The notes beneath the pieces are model-generated. The model had not been told where the DNA came from. It worked only from the letters and a program-made list of their open reading frames with translations, and ran no database searches. From contig CBFCYU010000001.1 of assembly GCA_965602415.1 (NCBI GenBank), positions 1 to 44,926 on the forward strand: a stretch of 44,926 nt of DNA. The letters run 5' to 3'. Shown here one piece after another: positions 25,555 to 34,547 of the stretch. Every line of letters starts with the position of its first letter. Position 1 is the stretch's first letter. Source of the DNA: an uncultured bacterium (lineage in GTDB: Bacteria; Bipolaricaulota; Bipolaricaulia; UBA7950; UBA9294). A program made the position numbers and the translations under genes.

Positions 25555-27150
25555 ATGAGTGATCAAGCCAAACCGGGCAGCAACGGGTTCTTCCTGAAGG
25601 CCGATCGGATCACCAAGGTCTACTCCGACGGGACCGTCGCGCTCAAGGAGGCGTCCCTCGAGATCCGCCCGCACGAGATCGTCGGGCTGCTCGGGGAGAA
25701 CGGCGCCGGGAAGACAACGCTCACCAAGATCATCTCCGGTCTTCTCCCGCCAACGCGGGGAAGGGTGATCTCACCAAGGGGCGCCGTCCGGTTCGTCAGC
25801 CCGCGTGAGGCGCTCGACTTCGGAATCGGGATGGTGCATCAGCACTTCGCGCTGGTCGGGACGTTCACCGCGGCGGAGAACGTCGCGCTCAGCCACGATC
25901 GGCCGTTCGCCCGAATCCGAATCGCCGAGACTCGGCGGAAGCTCGAGGAGTTGATGGAGGAGAGCGGGCTCCACGTCCCGCTGGACGTCCCGATCGAGAA
26001 GCTCGCCGTCGGCGAGCAGCAGCGCGTCGAGATCCTTAAGGTCTTGTCGCGAGACGTCGACCTTCTCATCCTCGACGAGCCGACCTCCGTCCTCACACCC
26101 TTGGAGGTCGACGAGCTGTTCACGCTCCTCCGCCGCCTGAAGGGCGAGGGGAAGGCGATCATCCTGATCACCCACAAGCTGAAGGAGGTCGGCACGGTCA
26201 CCGATCGCGTCGTCGTCCTCCGGCACGGGGAAATGGTCGGAGACGTCAGGACGTCCGAGGCGTCGACCGAGCAGCTCGCCCGGTTGATGGTCGGTCAGGC
26301 GCTGGAGGTGGCGGCCGACGCGGTCGAGCTGAGCACCGAGGAGATCCCGCACAAGGGGGTTCGCAAGGAAGTCGACCGGTCCGGCGAAGGGATCCTTCAC
26401 GTCGAGAACCTCGTCGTGAAGGGGAACACCGGAGAGATTGCCGTCGACTCGATATCGTTCGACGTCTACGCGGGTGAGATCTTCGGCATCGCCGGTGTCG
26501 AGGGCAACGGCCAGACCGAGCTCGTCGAGTCGCTGACCGGCCTCCGCGGCGCGGTCTCCGGGATTGCGACAATCCGTGGGACGAACATCCTCGGCATCGA
26601 TCCACGCCACATCTACCGCCTCGGAGTCGCGCACATCCCGGAAGATCGCTGGGAGCTCGGATTGGTTCTCCCATTCACTCTCGCCGAGAATGCGATCCTC
26701 GGCATCCACCGATGGGAGCAGTTCCGCGGTCCCCTGTCGCTCTTGCGCTGGGGAAAGATCACCCAACACGTCCGCCGGCTGATGGACCGGTTCGACATTC
26801 AGGCGACCGGGCCGAATGCTCCGGCGAAGAGCCTGTCCGGGGGAAACCAACAGAAGCTGATCGTGGGGCGCGAGTTGGCCAAGGACCCGGCGATCATCGT
26901 CGCGTCGCAGCCGACGCGCGGCCTCGACGTCGGAGCGGCGCACTACATCCGCCAGACGCTTCTCGAGATGCGTGACAGCGGGCGGGCGATCCTCCTCGTC
27001 TCGGCCGACCTCGACGAGGTTCTCGCGCACGCCGACCGGGTCGGAATCATGTACGAGGGGAGATTCATGGACGTCTGTTCGCCCGATGAACTCAGCCGCG
27101 AACGTGTCGGGATGCTGATGGGGGGCATGACGGGCAAGGAGGCCGGATGA
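25555..27150 (+). CDS. ABC transporter ATP-binding protein with duplicated ATPase domains (sugar/nucleoside type)
   Basis: Walker A GENGAGKTT and a degenerate second site GVEGNGQTE. Signatures VGEQQRVEI and LSGGNQQKL. ATG at 25555. Confidence 0.92.
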   Translation: MSDQAKPGSNGFFLKADRITKVYSDGTVALKEASLEIRPHEIVGLLGENGAGKTTLTKIISGLLPPTRGRVISPRGAVRFVSPREALDFGIGMVHQHFALVGTFTAAENVALSHDRPFARIRIAETRRKLEELMEESGLHVPLDVPIEKLAVGEQQRVEILKVLSRDVDLLILDEPTSVLTPLEVDELFTLLRRLKGEGKAIILITHKLKEVGTVTDRVVVLRHGEMVGDVRTSEASTEQLARLMVGQALEVAADAVELSTEEIPHKGVRKEVDRSGEGILHVENLVVKGNTGEIAVDSISFDVYAGEIFGIAGVEGNGQTELVESLTGLRGAVSGIATIRGTNILGIDPRHIYRLGVAHIPEDRWELGLVLPFTLAENAILGIHRWEQFRGPLSLLRWGKITQHVRRLMDRFDIQATGPNAPAKSLSGGNQQKLIVGRELAKDPAIIVASQPTRGLDVGAAHYIRQTLLEMRDSGRAILLVSADLDEVLAHADRVGIMYEGRFMDVCSPDELSRERVGMLMGGMTGKEAG

Positions 27151-28307
27151 GCCAGAACGAATCAACCGTGCAATCCCGTTTGCTGCGAGGAGCCCATCGA
27201 ACGCTGACCGGGCTGCATCCGGCGCTCGAGTCGGTCCTCGCGGCGGCCGTCGGCCTCCTCGTCGGGGCGATCCTGATGTCCATCTACGGGTTCGATCCGT
27301 GGAGGGCCTACATGGGCCTCATCAAGGGCGCCTTCGGCGGATCCTACGAGCTCTCCAGCTCGCTGTCACGGGCCACGCCGCTGGTCCTGACCGCGCTGAC
27401 GTTCTCGATCTGCCTGCGCGCTGGGATGTTCAACATCGGCGCCGAAGGGCAGATGTACATGGGGGGGATCGCCAGCGTCCTCGTCACCTACTTCGTCCTC
27501 CCGAGCGGCCTGCACCAGATCGCCGGCCTCGTCTTCGCCGCGTTTGCCGGCGCCGTCTGGAGTATCGTCCCGGCAATTCTGAAGATCACGAGAGGCGTGA
27601 GCGAAGTCATTTCGACGATCATGTTCAACTGGATCGCCCGGTGGCTTGCCTTGTACCTGGCGATCTTCGTCATCGTCGATCCCCTGCGTCCGGAGAAGAC
27701 GCTCAGCATCCCGATGTCGGCCCGATTCCCGGTCCTCGTCCGCGGGACGGACCTCTCCTACACCCTCTTCGTCTCGATCGCGTTCGCCCTGGTCATCTAC
27801 TTCCTCCTCTGGCACACCGCGATCGGCTACGAGCTTCGCGCCGCCGGGCTGAATCCAACCGCGGCTCGCTACGGAGGGATCCGCATCAAGCGAACGATGC
27901 TCCTCAGCTTCATCCTTGGAGGGATCGCCGCAGGGCTCGCCGGCGCGTCGATCGTGATGGGCCTCCCGCCGACCTACGCCATCTACGGCGGGGGCGGCCT
28001 TCCGCAGCTGATGAACCTTGGATTCGACGGGATGGCCGTGGCGATGGTCGGGCGGAATCACCCGATCGGGATCCTCGTCGCGGCGCTCTTCTTCGGCGGA
28101 CTGAGCGCCGGGGGGCGCGTGATGCAGTTCTACGGAGCAAAACCGGTCCCGTTGGAGATGGTCCGCGTCGTCATGGGAGCGATCGTCCTGGCGATGTCGA
28201 TCCCCGAGCTGATTCGGCTCTTCCCAATAGCCAAGAAGCGCGGGGAGGAACTGATCGGGGCCCTGCGGCGACTGACGCGACGTTCAGAGAGGGAGGAATC
28301 CGCATGA
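27147..28307 (+). CDS. ABC transporter permease (BMP/nucleoside system)
   Basis: ATGA overlap with the ATPase gene, multi-TM, FNIGAEGQMYMGG motif. Confidence 0.88.
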   Translation: MSQNESTVQSRLLRGAHRTLTGLHPALESVLAAAVGLLVGAILMSIYGFDPWRAYMGLIKGAFGGSYELSSSLSRATPLVLTALTFSICLRAGMFNIGAEGQMYMGGIASVLVTYFVLPSGLHQIAGLVFAAFAGAVWSIVPAILKITRGVSEVISTIMFNWIARWLALYLAIFVIVDPLRPEKTLSIPMSARFPVLVRGTDLSYTLFVSIAFALVIYFLLWHTAIGYELRAAGLNPTAARYGGIRIKRTMLLSFILGGIAAGLAGASIVMGLPPTYAIYGGGGLPQLMNLGFDGMAVAMVGRNHPIGILVAALFFGGLSAGGRVMQFYGAKPVPLEMVRVVMGAIVLAMSIPELIRLFPIAKKRGEELIGALRRLTRRSEREESA

Positions 28308-29197
28308 GCTTCCACGACATCCTGAGCCTGTTGCGAATCGCCCTGCACGCGATGGTTCCCCTCGCGTTGACCGCCGCTGGCGAGATCGTCGGAGAGACCG
28401 CCGGGCTGTTCAACATTGGCCTCGAGGGGATTCTGCTCCTCAGCGCGTTTGGCGGTGCGCTCGGTGCCGAGATCGGCGGACCGGCCGTCGGCCTGTTGGT
28501 CGGCATGGGGATCGGTGGGACGGTGTCGCTGCTCTTCGCGGTGATCAATACCTACTGGAAGGGCACTCAGATGGTCACCGGAATCGGCATCAACCTGTTC
28601 GCGATGGGGTTCGTCGCGTTCGGTCTGATCCAACTTGGGGCGCCGGGATTCCACGACGTCCCGAGGACCGTCGAGCTGCTCAAGTGGCGGACGCCGATGG
28701 GTCTGATGAGCCCGATGATCCTCGTTGCGCTGATCATCCCGGTCGTCATCTATTGGTTCCTCAAGCGAACGCGCGCCGGACTGATGCTCAAGGCGGCCGG
28801 CGAGATGCCGGAAGCGGCCGACGTCGCCGGGATCAACGTCAATCGAATCCGACTCCTTGCGGCCGTCTTCGGCGGCGTCCTCGCCGGCCTAGGCGGGGCG
28901 TACATGAGCGTCGCCTGGCTGGGCCTTGTGACGAAGGACCTGTCCGCCGGACGCGGATTCATCGCGCTCGCGTGCGTCGTCTTCAGCGGCTTGAACCCAC
29001 TGCTCGCCCTCCTCGGGGCGTTTATCTTCGGGTTCTTCCAGGCGCTCGCCGAGTGGGTGAAGACCCTTCCAGCCAAGCCGATCCCGGGCGAGTTCGTGTC
29101 GATGCTCCCCTACATCATCACGCTGTTGGTCGTCTCTGGCGCCATCGGGCGTGTCCGGTTCCCGAAGACGCTCGGTGTCCCGTACAAGCGCGAATGA
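28304..29197 (+). CDS. ABC transporter permease (BMP/nucleoside system)
   Basis: The ATG at 28304 overlaps the previous stop (ATGA). FNIGLEGILLL motif, multi-TM. The upstream 335 codons of the 632-aa ORF are an Arg-rich shadow of the previous gene. Confidence 0.88.
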   Translation: MSFHDILSLLRIALHAMVPLALTAAGEIVGETAGLFNIGLEGILLLSAFGGALGAEIGGPAVGLLVGMGIGGTVSLLFAVINTYWKGTQMVTGIGINLFAMGFVAFGLIQLGAPGFHDVPRTVELLKWRTPMGLMSPMILVALIIPVVIYWFLKRTRAGLMLKAAGEMPEAADVAGINVNRIRLLAAVFGGVLAGLGGAYMSVAWLGLVTKDLSAGRGFIALACVVFSGLNPLLALLGAFIFGFFQALAEWVKTLPAKPIPGEFVSMLPYIITLLVVSGAIGRVRFPKTLGVPYKRE

Positions 29198-29208
29198 TCG
29201 AGCCTCGG

Positions 29209-29237
29209 TTGACTAGTGGATCATGAGTGTCTACGAT
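29209..29237 (+). promoter_or_regulatory. Sigma-70-like promoter TTGACT-N17-TACGAT for the phn-type operon
   Basis: AT-rich island 89 nt upstream of the ATG at 29326. Confidence 0.45.
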
Positions 29238-29325
29238 AGTGTTATGAGGATTACGTCGGAACGCGCTGGTCGAGAAGGCTCGGCCGTGCAATCCCCGGAG
29301 GTTTGCATCGCACAGGAGGTGCACC

Positions 29326-30333
29326 ATGCGTAAGGTCCTTGCTCTGACACTGATGGCCGTGCTGGCCATCGGCGTCATCAGTTTCGCTCAGCCCGGGTCG
29401 AGCCCGGACGAGCCGGTCTACATGCTTCTCGTTCCGTCGACCGAGGGAGCGACCGTCGAAGAGACCGGACAGGCGATCGCCGAGGCGATCTACAATCTGA
29501 CCGGCCTGTACGTCGTCTCCAGTCTGCAGGCAGACTACACGGCGATGATCGAGGCGTTCGCGGCGTCGGAGGGCGACACATTCGGGCTTCCGACGACCGA
29601 CCAATACATCCGGATTTACGAGCGGACGGGCGGAAACGTCAGCCCGCGACTCGGGTCGGTCCGCTACGGCTACGCGTGGTACTACGCGAGCCTCTACGCC
29701 CGCCGCGACAGTGGGATCGAGACCCTTGACGATCTCAACGGGAAGGTCTGGATCTACAACGACACCGGTTCCACGTCCGGGTACGTCTTTCCGAACATGA
29801 TTTTCGAGCGGCTCGGGATCGAGTTCTCGGGCATCGTCACCTCGGGTGGTCACACGAACTCGATGGTCGCGTTGATCGAGGGGCAGGGCGACTTCTGCAC
29901 CGGCTACGGCTCCGCGCCGGGCGCGCCGGCCGGCTGGTCCGGAGACCGATGGGAATTCGGAGACGATCCGGAGATGTGGCTGTGGGACCGCTGGAACAAC
30001 GACTTGTTCCGTCCCGAATTCCGAGGAACCTGCTACGACCTGCGCCGCGCCGTCCGCAGCACCTACGACTTCGACACGGTCGTGCGCGACATCGCCGTCA
30101 TTCACAACATCGGCCCGATCCCGAACGACTGCTTGGCGTTCGGACCGGGCTTCGACGTCGAGACCGCCGACCTGATCGTCTGGGCGATCAAGCAACACAT
30201 CGCCACCGAAGAGGGTGCGGCGCTGTGGGGCGACCCGATGTTCTACGAGTGGACGGCCGTCGCCGACATCACCGACAGCTTCTACGACGGATACCGTGAG
30301 ATCCTCGGTCTGCCGATCCCGGATCGGGACTAA
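29326..30333 (+). CDS. PhnD-family (phosphonate/phosphite-type) ABC substrate-binding protein
   Basis: Signal peptide, DYTAMIEAF, LNGKVWIYNDTGSTSGYVFP and GGHTNSMVALIEGQGD match the PhnD pattern. Followed by phnC/phnE-type genes. Confidence 0.8.
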   Translation: MRKVLALTLMAVLAIGVISFAQPGSSPDEPVYMLLVPSTEGATVEETGQAIAEAIYNLTGLYVVSSLQADYTAMIEAFAASEGDTFGLPTTDQYIRIYERTGGNVSPRLGSVRYGYAWYYASLYARRDSGIETLDDLNGKVWIYNDTGSTSGYVFPNMIFERLGIEFSGIVTSGGHTNSMVALIEGQGDFCTGYGSAPGAPAGWSGDRWEFGDDPEMWLWDRWNNDLFRPEFRGTCYDLRRAVRSTYDFDTVVRDIAVIHNIGPIPNDCLAFGPGFDVETADLIVWAIKQHIATEEGAALWGDPMFYEWTAVADITDSFYDGYREILGLPIPDRD

Positions 30334-30362
30334 GGTAGGCAGAGAGCGGTAGGCACGAAATC

Positions 30363-30396
30363 AACGCGGGGGGGAGCGATCCCTCCCGCGTTTTCA
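30363..30396 (+). terminator. Hairpin plus T-run between binding-protein and ATPase genes (attenuator/terminator)
   Basis: AACGCGGG...CCCGCGTT stem with G/C-rich interior, followed by TTTTCAT. Confidence 0.55.
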
Positions 30397-30415
30397 TACC
30401 TAGGACGGACCCGTC

Positions 30416-31186
30416 ATGGATGAACTGATACGCGTAGAACACCTGACGAAGATCTACGAGCGTGGTGAGGTCCTGGCGCTCGACGACATCAGTTTCACCG
30501 TCAAGCGCGGGGAGTTCCTCGTCCTGCTCGGGCTCTCGGGGTCCGGCAAATCAACGCTCCTCCGTTGCATCAATCGGTTGATCGAGCCGACCGCCGGGCA
30601 GATCCAGTTCGACGGCATCGACGTCACGAAGGCGTCGGCGAAACAGCTCCGCCAGCTGCGCCGCCGAATGGCGATGATCTTCCAGCAGTTCAATCTCGTG
30701 AAGCGTTCGACGGTGCTGACGAACGTCCTCTCCGGCCGGCTGGGATACGCTAACCCGGGCGCCTCGGCGATCCACAAGTTCCCGAAGGAGGACCTCGACG
30801 CGGCGGTCGCCAACCTCGAGCGTGTCGGGATTCCGGAACAGGCGTACAAGCGGGCCGACGAGCTCTCCGGAGGGCAGCAGCAGCGGGTCGGAATCGCGCG
30901 TGCCCTGATGCAGAAACCGGACCTTCTGATGGCCGACGAACCAGTCTCCGCGCTCGACCCGGCGACGTCGCACTCGATCATGCAGTACCTCGAACTGATG
31001 AACCGGGAAGACGGCGTGACCGTCATTGCCAGCCTCCACTTCCTCTCGCTCGCGAGAAGATACGGGACGCGGATCCTGGCGCTCAAGGACGGGAAGATCG
31101 TCTTCGAAGGATCTCCGGCCGAGATCGACGCGGCGAAGTTCAAGGAGATCTATGGAGAGGAGGCGCAGGAAGTTGAGGTTCGCTAG
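30416..31186 (+). CDS. phnC: Phosphonate-type ABC transporter ATP-binding protein
   Basis: [44 protein letters not shown]. Confidence 0.85.
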   Translation: MDELIRVEHLTKIYERGEVLALDDISFTVKRGEFLVLLGLSGSGKSTLLRCINRLIEPTAGQIQFDGIDVTKASAKQLRQLRRRMAMIFQQFNLVKRSTVLTNVLSGRLGYANPGASAIHKFPKEDLDAAVANLERVGIPEQAYKRADELSGGQQQRVGIARALMQKPDLLMADEPVSALDPATSHSIMQYLELMNREDGVTVIASLHFLSLARRYGTRILALKDGKIVFEGSPAEIDAAKFKEIYGEEAQEVEVR

Positions 31187-32468
31187 ACGACACTCGCCGT
31201 GGGTGCGTCTCGTCGAGCTCCGCCGGCGAATCTTCGCGTTTCTGCTCGACTGGGTGTCCTGGGGATACTTCGCCTACGCGATCATGTATCTCCTCAACAA
31301 GTACTGGTACGTCCGCCACGTCAACTTCTACGGACGTCTGACGCTCCCTCTGTGGGGGTGGCCGCTTGTTGTCCTCGTCACCCTGGAGCTCGCCCTTCTG
31401 ACGCACGCGTTCGGTCAGACGATCGGCCTCAGCCTGTTCGGGCTCCGCCTTCTCGGCCCCGATCTCCGCCGGATTCCCGTGCGTCAGCGGCTGCGCCGGT
31501 ACTTCGAACTCCATCTGAAACTCCTCCTCCAGCCGATCGCGCTGTTCACCGACCGGCCCTTGGGAACGCTCCTCCACGACGGGGACGAAACGGGGACGAT
31601 GCGTCTCGTCGCCAAGGTGAAGGAGGACATGCCTCTCGAGAGACCGCGGAACTGGTGGCTCACCTATCGCGGGCTGTTCACAACGGCGCTCTTGGGATTG
31701 ACGTTCTGGCTCGGGTGGAAGATCACGGCGATCAACCTGCAGATGCTCGTCGAGCGGGTCGGGAAGTCGGGCCACATCTGGCGCGATCTGTTCACGCCCC
31801 AGTTCACGTATCTGACGGCGAATGTCATCGATGGGAGGACCTACTCCATCGTCCACTACATGATGGAGACGATCTTCATGGCGTTCTTCGCCACGATCAC
31901 TGGTGCGATTGTCGCCTTCCCGCTCAGCTTCCTCGGCGCCCGCAACATCATGGGATTCAGCCCTGTCGGGTGGTTGATCTACACGATCATGCGATTCGTG
32001 TTCAACATCTTCCGCTCGATCGAGTCGATCTTGATGGCCGTCCTGTTCGCGGTCTGGGTCGGTTTCGGGAACCCGTTCGCTGGGGCGCTGGCTCTGTTCC
32101 TCCACACGATCGCCGCGCTCGGGAAGCTGTACTCCGAGCAGGTCGAGGGCGTCGACGCTGGGCCGCTCGAAGCGATCGCGGCGACCGGAGCCCGGCGCTG
32201 GCAGGTCGTCGTCTACGGGGTCATCCCGCAGATTATCCCGTCGTACCTCGCGTTCACGCTCTACCGATGGGACATCAACATCCGGATGGCGACCGTCATC
32301 GCGTTGGTCGGCGGCGGCGGAATCGGGACGCTCCTCTTCTACTTCAAGAACGAGGTCGGCCGGCTCGAGAACGCTTGGAATCTGGTTGGCGCCGTGATCG
32401 TAGCGATCGTCGTCGTCGTCTGGCTCCTCGACTACATCAGCGCCCGCGTGCGCGAGAAGATCGGATAG
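31152..32468 (+). CDS. PhnE-type ABC permease with N-terminal RDD-like membrane domain
   Basis: ATG at 31152 after AAGGAG, overlapping phnC by 35 nt. The N-terminal ~170 aa contain RRIFAFLLDW, GQTIGLSLFGLRLL and LLHDGDETGT (R-D-D pattern). The C-terminal PhnE core has GPLEAIAATGARRWQVVVYGVIPQIIPS. Confidence 0.8.
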   Translation: MERRRRKLRFARRHSPWVRLVELRRRIFAFLLDWVSWGYFAYAIMYLLNKYWYVRHVNFYGRLTLPLWGWPLVVLVTLELALLTHAFGQTIGLSLFGLRLLGPDLRRIPVRQRLRRYFELHLKLLLQPIALFTDRPLGTLLHDGDETGTMRLVAKVKEDMPLERPRNWWLTYRGLFTTALLGLTFWLGWKITAINLQMLVERVGKSGHIWRDLFTPQFTYLTANVIDGRTYSIVHYMMETIFMAFFATITGAIVAFPLSFLGARNIMGFSPVGWLIYTIMRFVFNIFRSIESILMAVLFAVWVGFGNPFAGALALFLHTIAALGKLYSEQVEGVDAGPLEAIAATGARRWQVVVYGVIPQIIPSYLAFTLYRWDINIRMATVIALVGGGGIGTLLFYFKNEVGRLENAWNLVGAVIVAIVVVVWLLDYISARVREKIG

Positions 32469-32471
32469 GCC

Positions 32472-33704
32472 ATGGAGCAGAAGTACTACGCAGGATTCAT
32501 CGCAGCGCGGCCGAACTGGCGGAAGGCGTTCCGTGCGTACGGCAAGGACTTGAGCGTCATCACAACCGATTTGCTGGTTCTGCTCGCTCTGTGGGGGCTC
32601 TGTTCGTTCGTCTGGAATCACTTCGCCCACGGAACGCGGGACTTCCTCTCAGTCTCCTGGTGGATCATCCTCGTCGTCTGCGTCGAGCTCGCCCTCGTCT
32701 GGTCCTCGTTCGGCACGAGTCCCGGCTTGCGGCTTCTCCGGCGGCGGCTGATCAACGAACGAGGGAATCGCAGGCTGTTCCTTCGTCGGCTCTTGCGCAC
32801 CCTCACCCTTCACATCCAACCGTTCCTCGCGTTGGAGGTCCTGGTGACCGCGAAGTACACGCCGCGTCACGACCGCGTCACGGGATTCCGGATCCTCTCG
32901 GCGACCGAACTCGCAGAGGCGCGCCGACCGTGGTACCGGAGTTCTTCGTCGCTTTCGATCATTCTGTTGGGCCTCGCGATGTTCCTCGTCTCCGCCCTGT
33001 TCACGCAGGTCGACTTCGCGACGTTGTTCACCAACGCCTCAGCGACCTCCGAAATCTGGTATCGCATCTTCCATCCGGATTGGTCGATCCTCGGCCTTGG
33101 CGTTCGCCTGCTGATCGTCACGCTCTACATGGCGTTCATGGCGACCCTGTTCGGCGTGTTGATCGCAGTCCCGCTGAGCTTCCTCGCCGCGCGAAACCTG
33201 GCAAGGGGGGTCGTCGGGCGCTCGATCTACATCGTGTTGCGCCTCATCCTCAGCATCATTCGATCGATCGAGCCGATCATCTGGGCGATTATCTTCGTCG
33301 TCTGGGTGCGGACCGGGGCGGCCGCGTTCGCTGGAATGCTCGCGCTCCTCGTCCATTCGATCGCGGATCTGACCAAGCTCTACTCGGAACGGCTCGAGTC
33401 GATCGATTATGGCCCGGTCGAGGCGATTCGTGCGACCGGTGCAGGCCGCTTGCAGGTGATCCTCTACGGGATCGTGCCGCAGATCGTCAACCCGTATCTG
33501 TCTTTCACGATCTACCGGTGGGACATCAACGTTCGCATGGCGACGATCATCGGGCTGGTCGGGGGAGGAGGGATCGGACAGCGGCTGATGCAGTTGACCC
33601 GTAACTGGGTCTGGGATCAGGCGATCGTCCTGATGCTCTTGATCATGGTCGCCGTCTGGGCGATGGACTACAGCTCGTCGCGGCTGCGCGAGCGGCTCAA
33701 CTGA
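32472..33704 (+). CDS. PhnE-type ABC permease with N-terminal RDD-like membrane domain (paralogue)
   Basis: The N-terminal ~150 aa contain FRAYGKDLSVITTDLLV, GTSPGLRLLRRRLIN and PRHDRVTGFRIL. The PhnE core has GPVEAIRATGAGRLQVILYGIVPQIVNP. Confidence 0.8.
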   Translation: MEQKYYAGFIAARPNWRKAFRAYGKDLSVITTDLLVLLALWGLCSFVWNHFAHGTRDFLSVSWWIILVVCVELALVWSSFGTSPGLRLLRRRLINERGNRRLFLRRLLRTLTLHIQPFLALEVLVTAKYTPRHDRVTGFRILSATELAEARRPWYRSSSSLSIILLGLAMFLVSALFTQVDFATLFTNASATSEIWYRIFHPDWSILGLGVRLLIVTLYMAFMATLFGVLIAVPLSFLAARNLARGVVGRSIYIVLRLILSIIRSIEPIIWAIIFVVWVRTGAAAFAGMLALLVHSIADLTKLYSERLESIDYGPVEAIRATGAGRLQVILYGIVPQIVNPYLSFTIYRWDINVRMATIIGLVGGGGIGQRLMQLTRNWVWDQAIVLMLLIMVAVWAMDYSSSRLRERLN

Positions 33705-33720
33705 TCGTTCGGACGCCAGC

Positions 33721-33933
33721 CTAGCGGCTCGTCACGTTCTCCAGATACTCCTGGATGTCCTCCAGCCCGAACGTCGTCTTCAATGCGACGTTGTCCTCGA
33801 GCCACGCGTCCTTGATCGTGTCGTCCCGACGGATCTCGATGTCCTTGATCCCGAACGAGTCGACCATCTTGCGCGCTTCTTCCTCGATCTGTCGATCCTT
33901 CACCCTGAAGAGGAATCGCGGGAAACTCGGCAT
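33721..33933 (-). CDS. Small hypothetical protein (70 aa)
   Basis: ATG at 33933 preceded by GGAGGTG at 6-nt spacing. The product MPSFPRFLFRVKDRQIEEEARKMVDSF... has normal composition, whereas the longer ORF N-terminus does not. Confidence 0.55.
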   Translation of the reverse strand: MPSFPRFLFRVKDRQIEEEARKMVDSFGIKDIEIRRDDTIKDAWLEDNVALKTTFGLEDIQEYLENVTSR

Positions 33934-34029
33934 CGCTGCACCTCCAGACGCACAGTATACCTCGCCGGACCGCGGTCGATCGACGGGGTCGCTCTTCTGA
34001 TTCCCCCGGGGCTGCGGTATCGTTTGGCC

Positions 34030-34536
34030 ATGCGCGAGAACGGCGGAAGCGAGATCACGATCGTCCGCGCGACCGAGAGGCATACGGACGACCTCGAGGC
34101 TCTCGTCGCACGGATCGAAGCCGAGGACCGCCCCGACGACGTACAGGCCACCGTGCGCGCGCCACGTGGGATGGCCGAGAGCCTCTCAAGCTACGACGCG
34201 TTGTCCTCGGACTCGGTCTGGTTCCTGATCGCCTATCGAGGCGACCGGCCTGCAGGTCTCTGCGTCGCCATCCGAGTTCCAAAGCTTGACGAGCGCGTCG
34301 GATTCCTCTACCTCGACGAGCTGCACGTCCTCGCCGAGCACCGCCGCTACGGGATCGGCGGGGCACTGATGCAATCGGCTGTCGGTCTCGCCCGCGATCT
34401 CGGCCTCGCCGGGATCCGACTCTTGACTCGACCGGACAACCGGCCGGCGCGGGCGCTCTACGAGTCCCTGGGTTATCAGCACAGCGAGACGCTCCTCTAC
34501 GAGTTCCGGGTTGAACACCATGATCCATCGTTCTAG
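34030..34536 (+). CDS. GNAT-family N-acetyltransferase
   Basis: Acetyl-CoA motif A LHVLAEHRRYGIGGALMQ and ARALYESLGY. The TTG at 34024 is an alternative start. Confidence 0.85.
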   Translation: MRENGGSEITIVRATERHTDDLEALVARIEAEDRPDDVQATVRAPRGMAESLSSYDALSSDSVWFLIAYRGDRPAGLCVAIRVPKLDERVGFLYLDELHVLAEHRRYGIGGALMQSAVGLARDLGLAGIRLLTRPDNRPARALYESLGYQHSETLLYEFRVEHHDPSF

Positions 34537-34547
34537 AATGAGTTTTC

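Noticed and set aside
25771-27165. 464-aa antisense ORF opposite the ABC ATPase. Similar cases are 3111-4238, 4304-5233, 14205-15473, 24302-25276, 29251-30198 and 37295-38794
   Set aside because: All are antisense or out-of-frame shadows of genes with strong motif support. Their Arg/Asp/Pro-rich composition reflects the lack of stops in GC-rich sequence.
27299-28303. N-terminal 335 codons of the 632-aa ORF. Likewise 6826-7251 of the 402-aa ORF, 21948-22388 of the 291-aa ORF and 31026-31151 of the 480-aa ORF
   Set aside because: These extensions overlap well-supported upstream genes out of frame and have shadow-frame composition. Internal ATGs with SDs or 4-nt overlaps give products that begin at the expected N-termini.
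31199-33604. 801-aa plus-strand ORF spanning both phnE genes, and the 496-aa antisense ORF 31140-32630
   Set aside because: The translations are dominated by Arg/Pro/Gly/Asp runs with no motifs. This is typical of shadow frames in GC-rich DNA, and the overlapping frame encodes clean PhnE/RDD membrane proteins.
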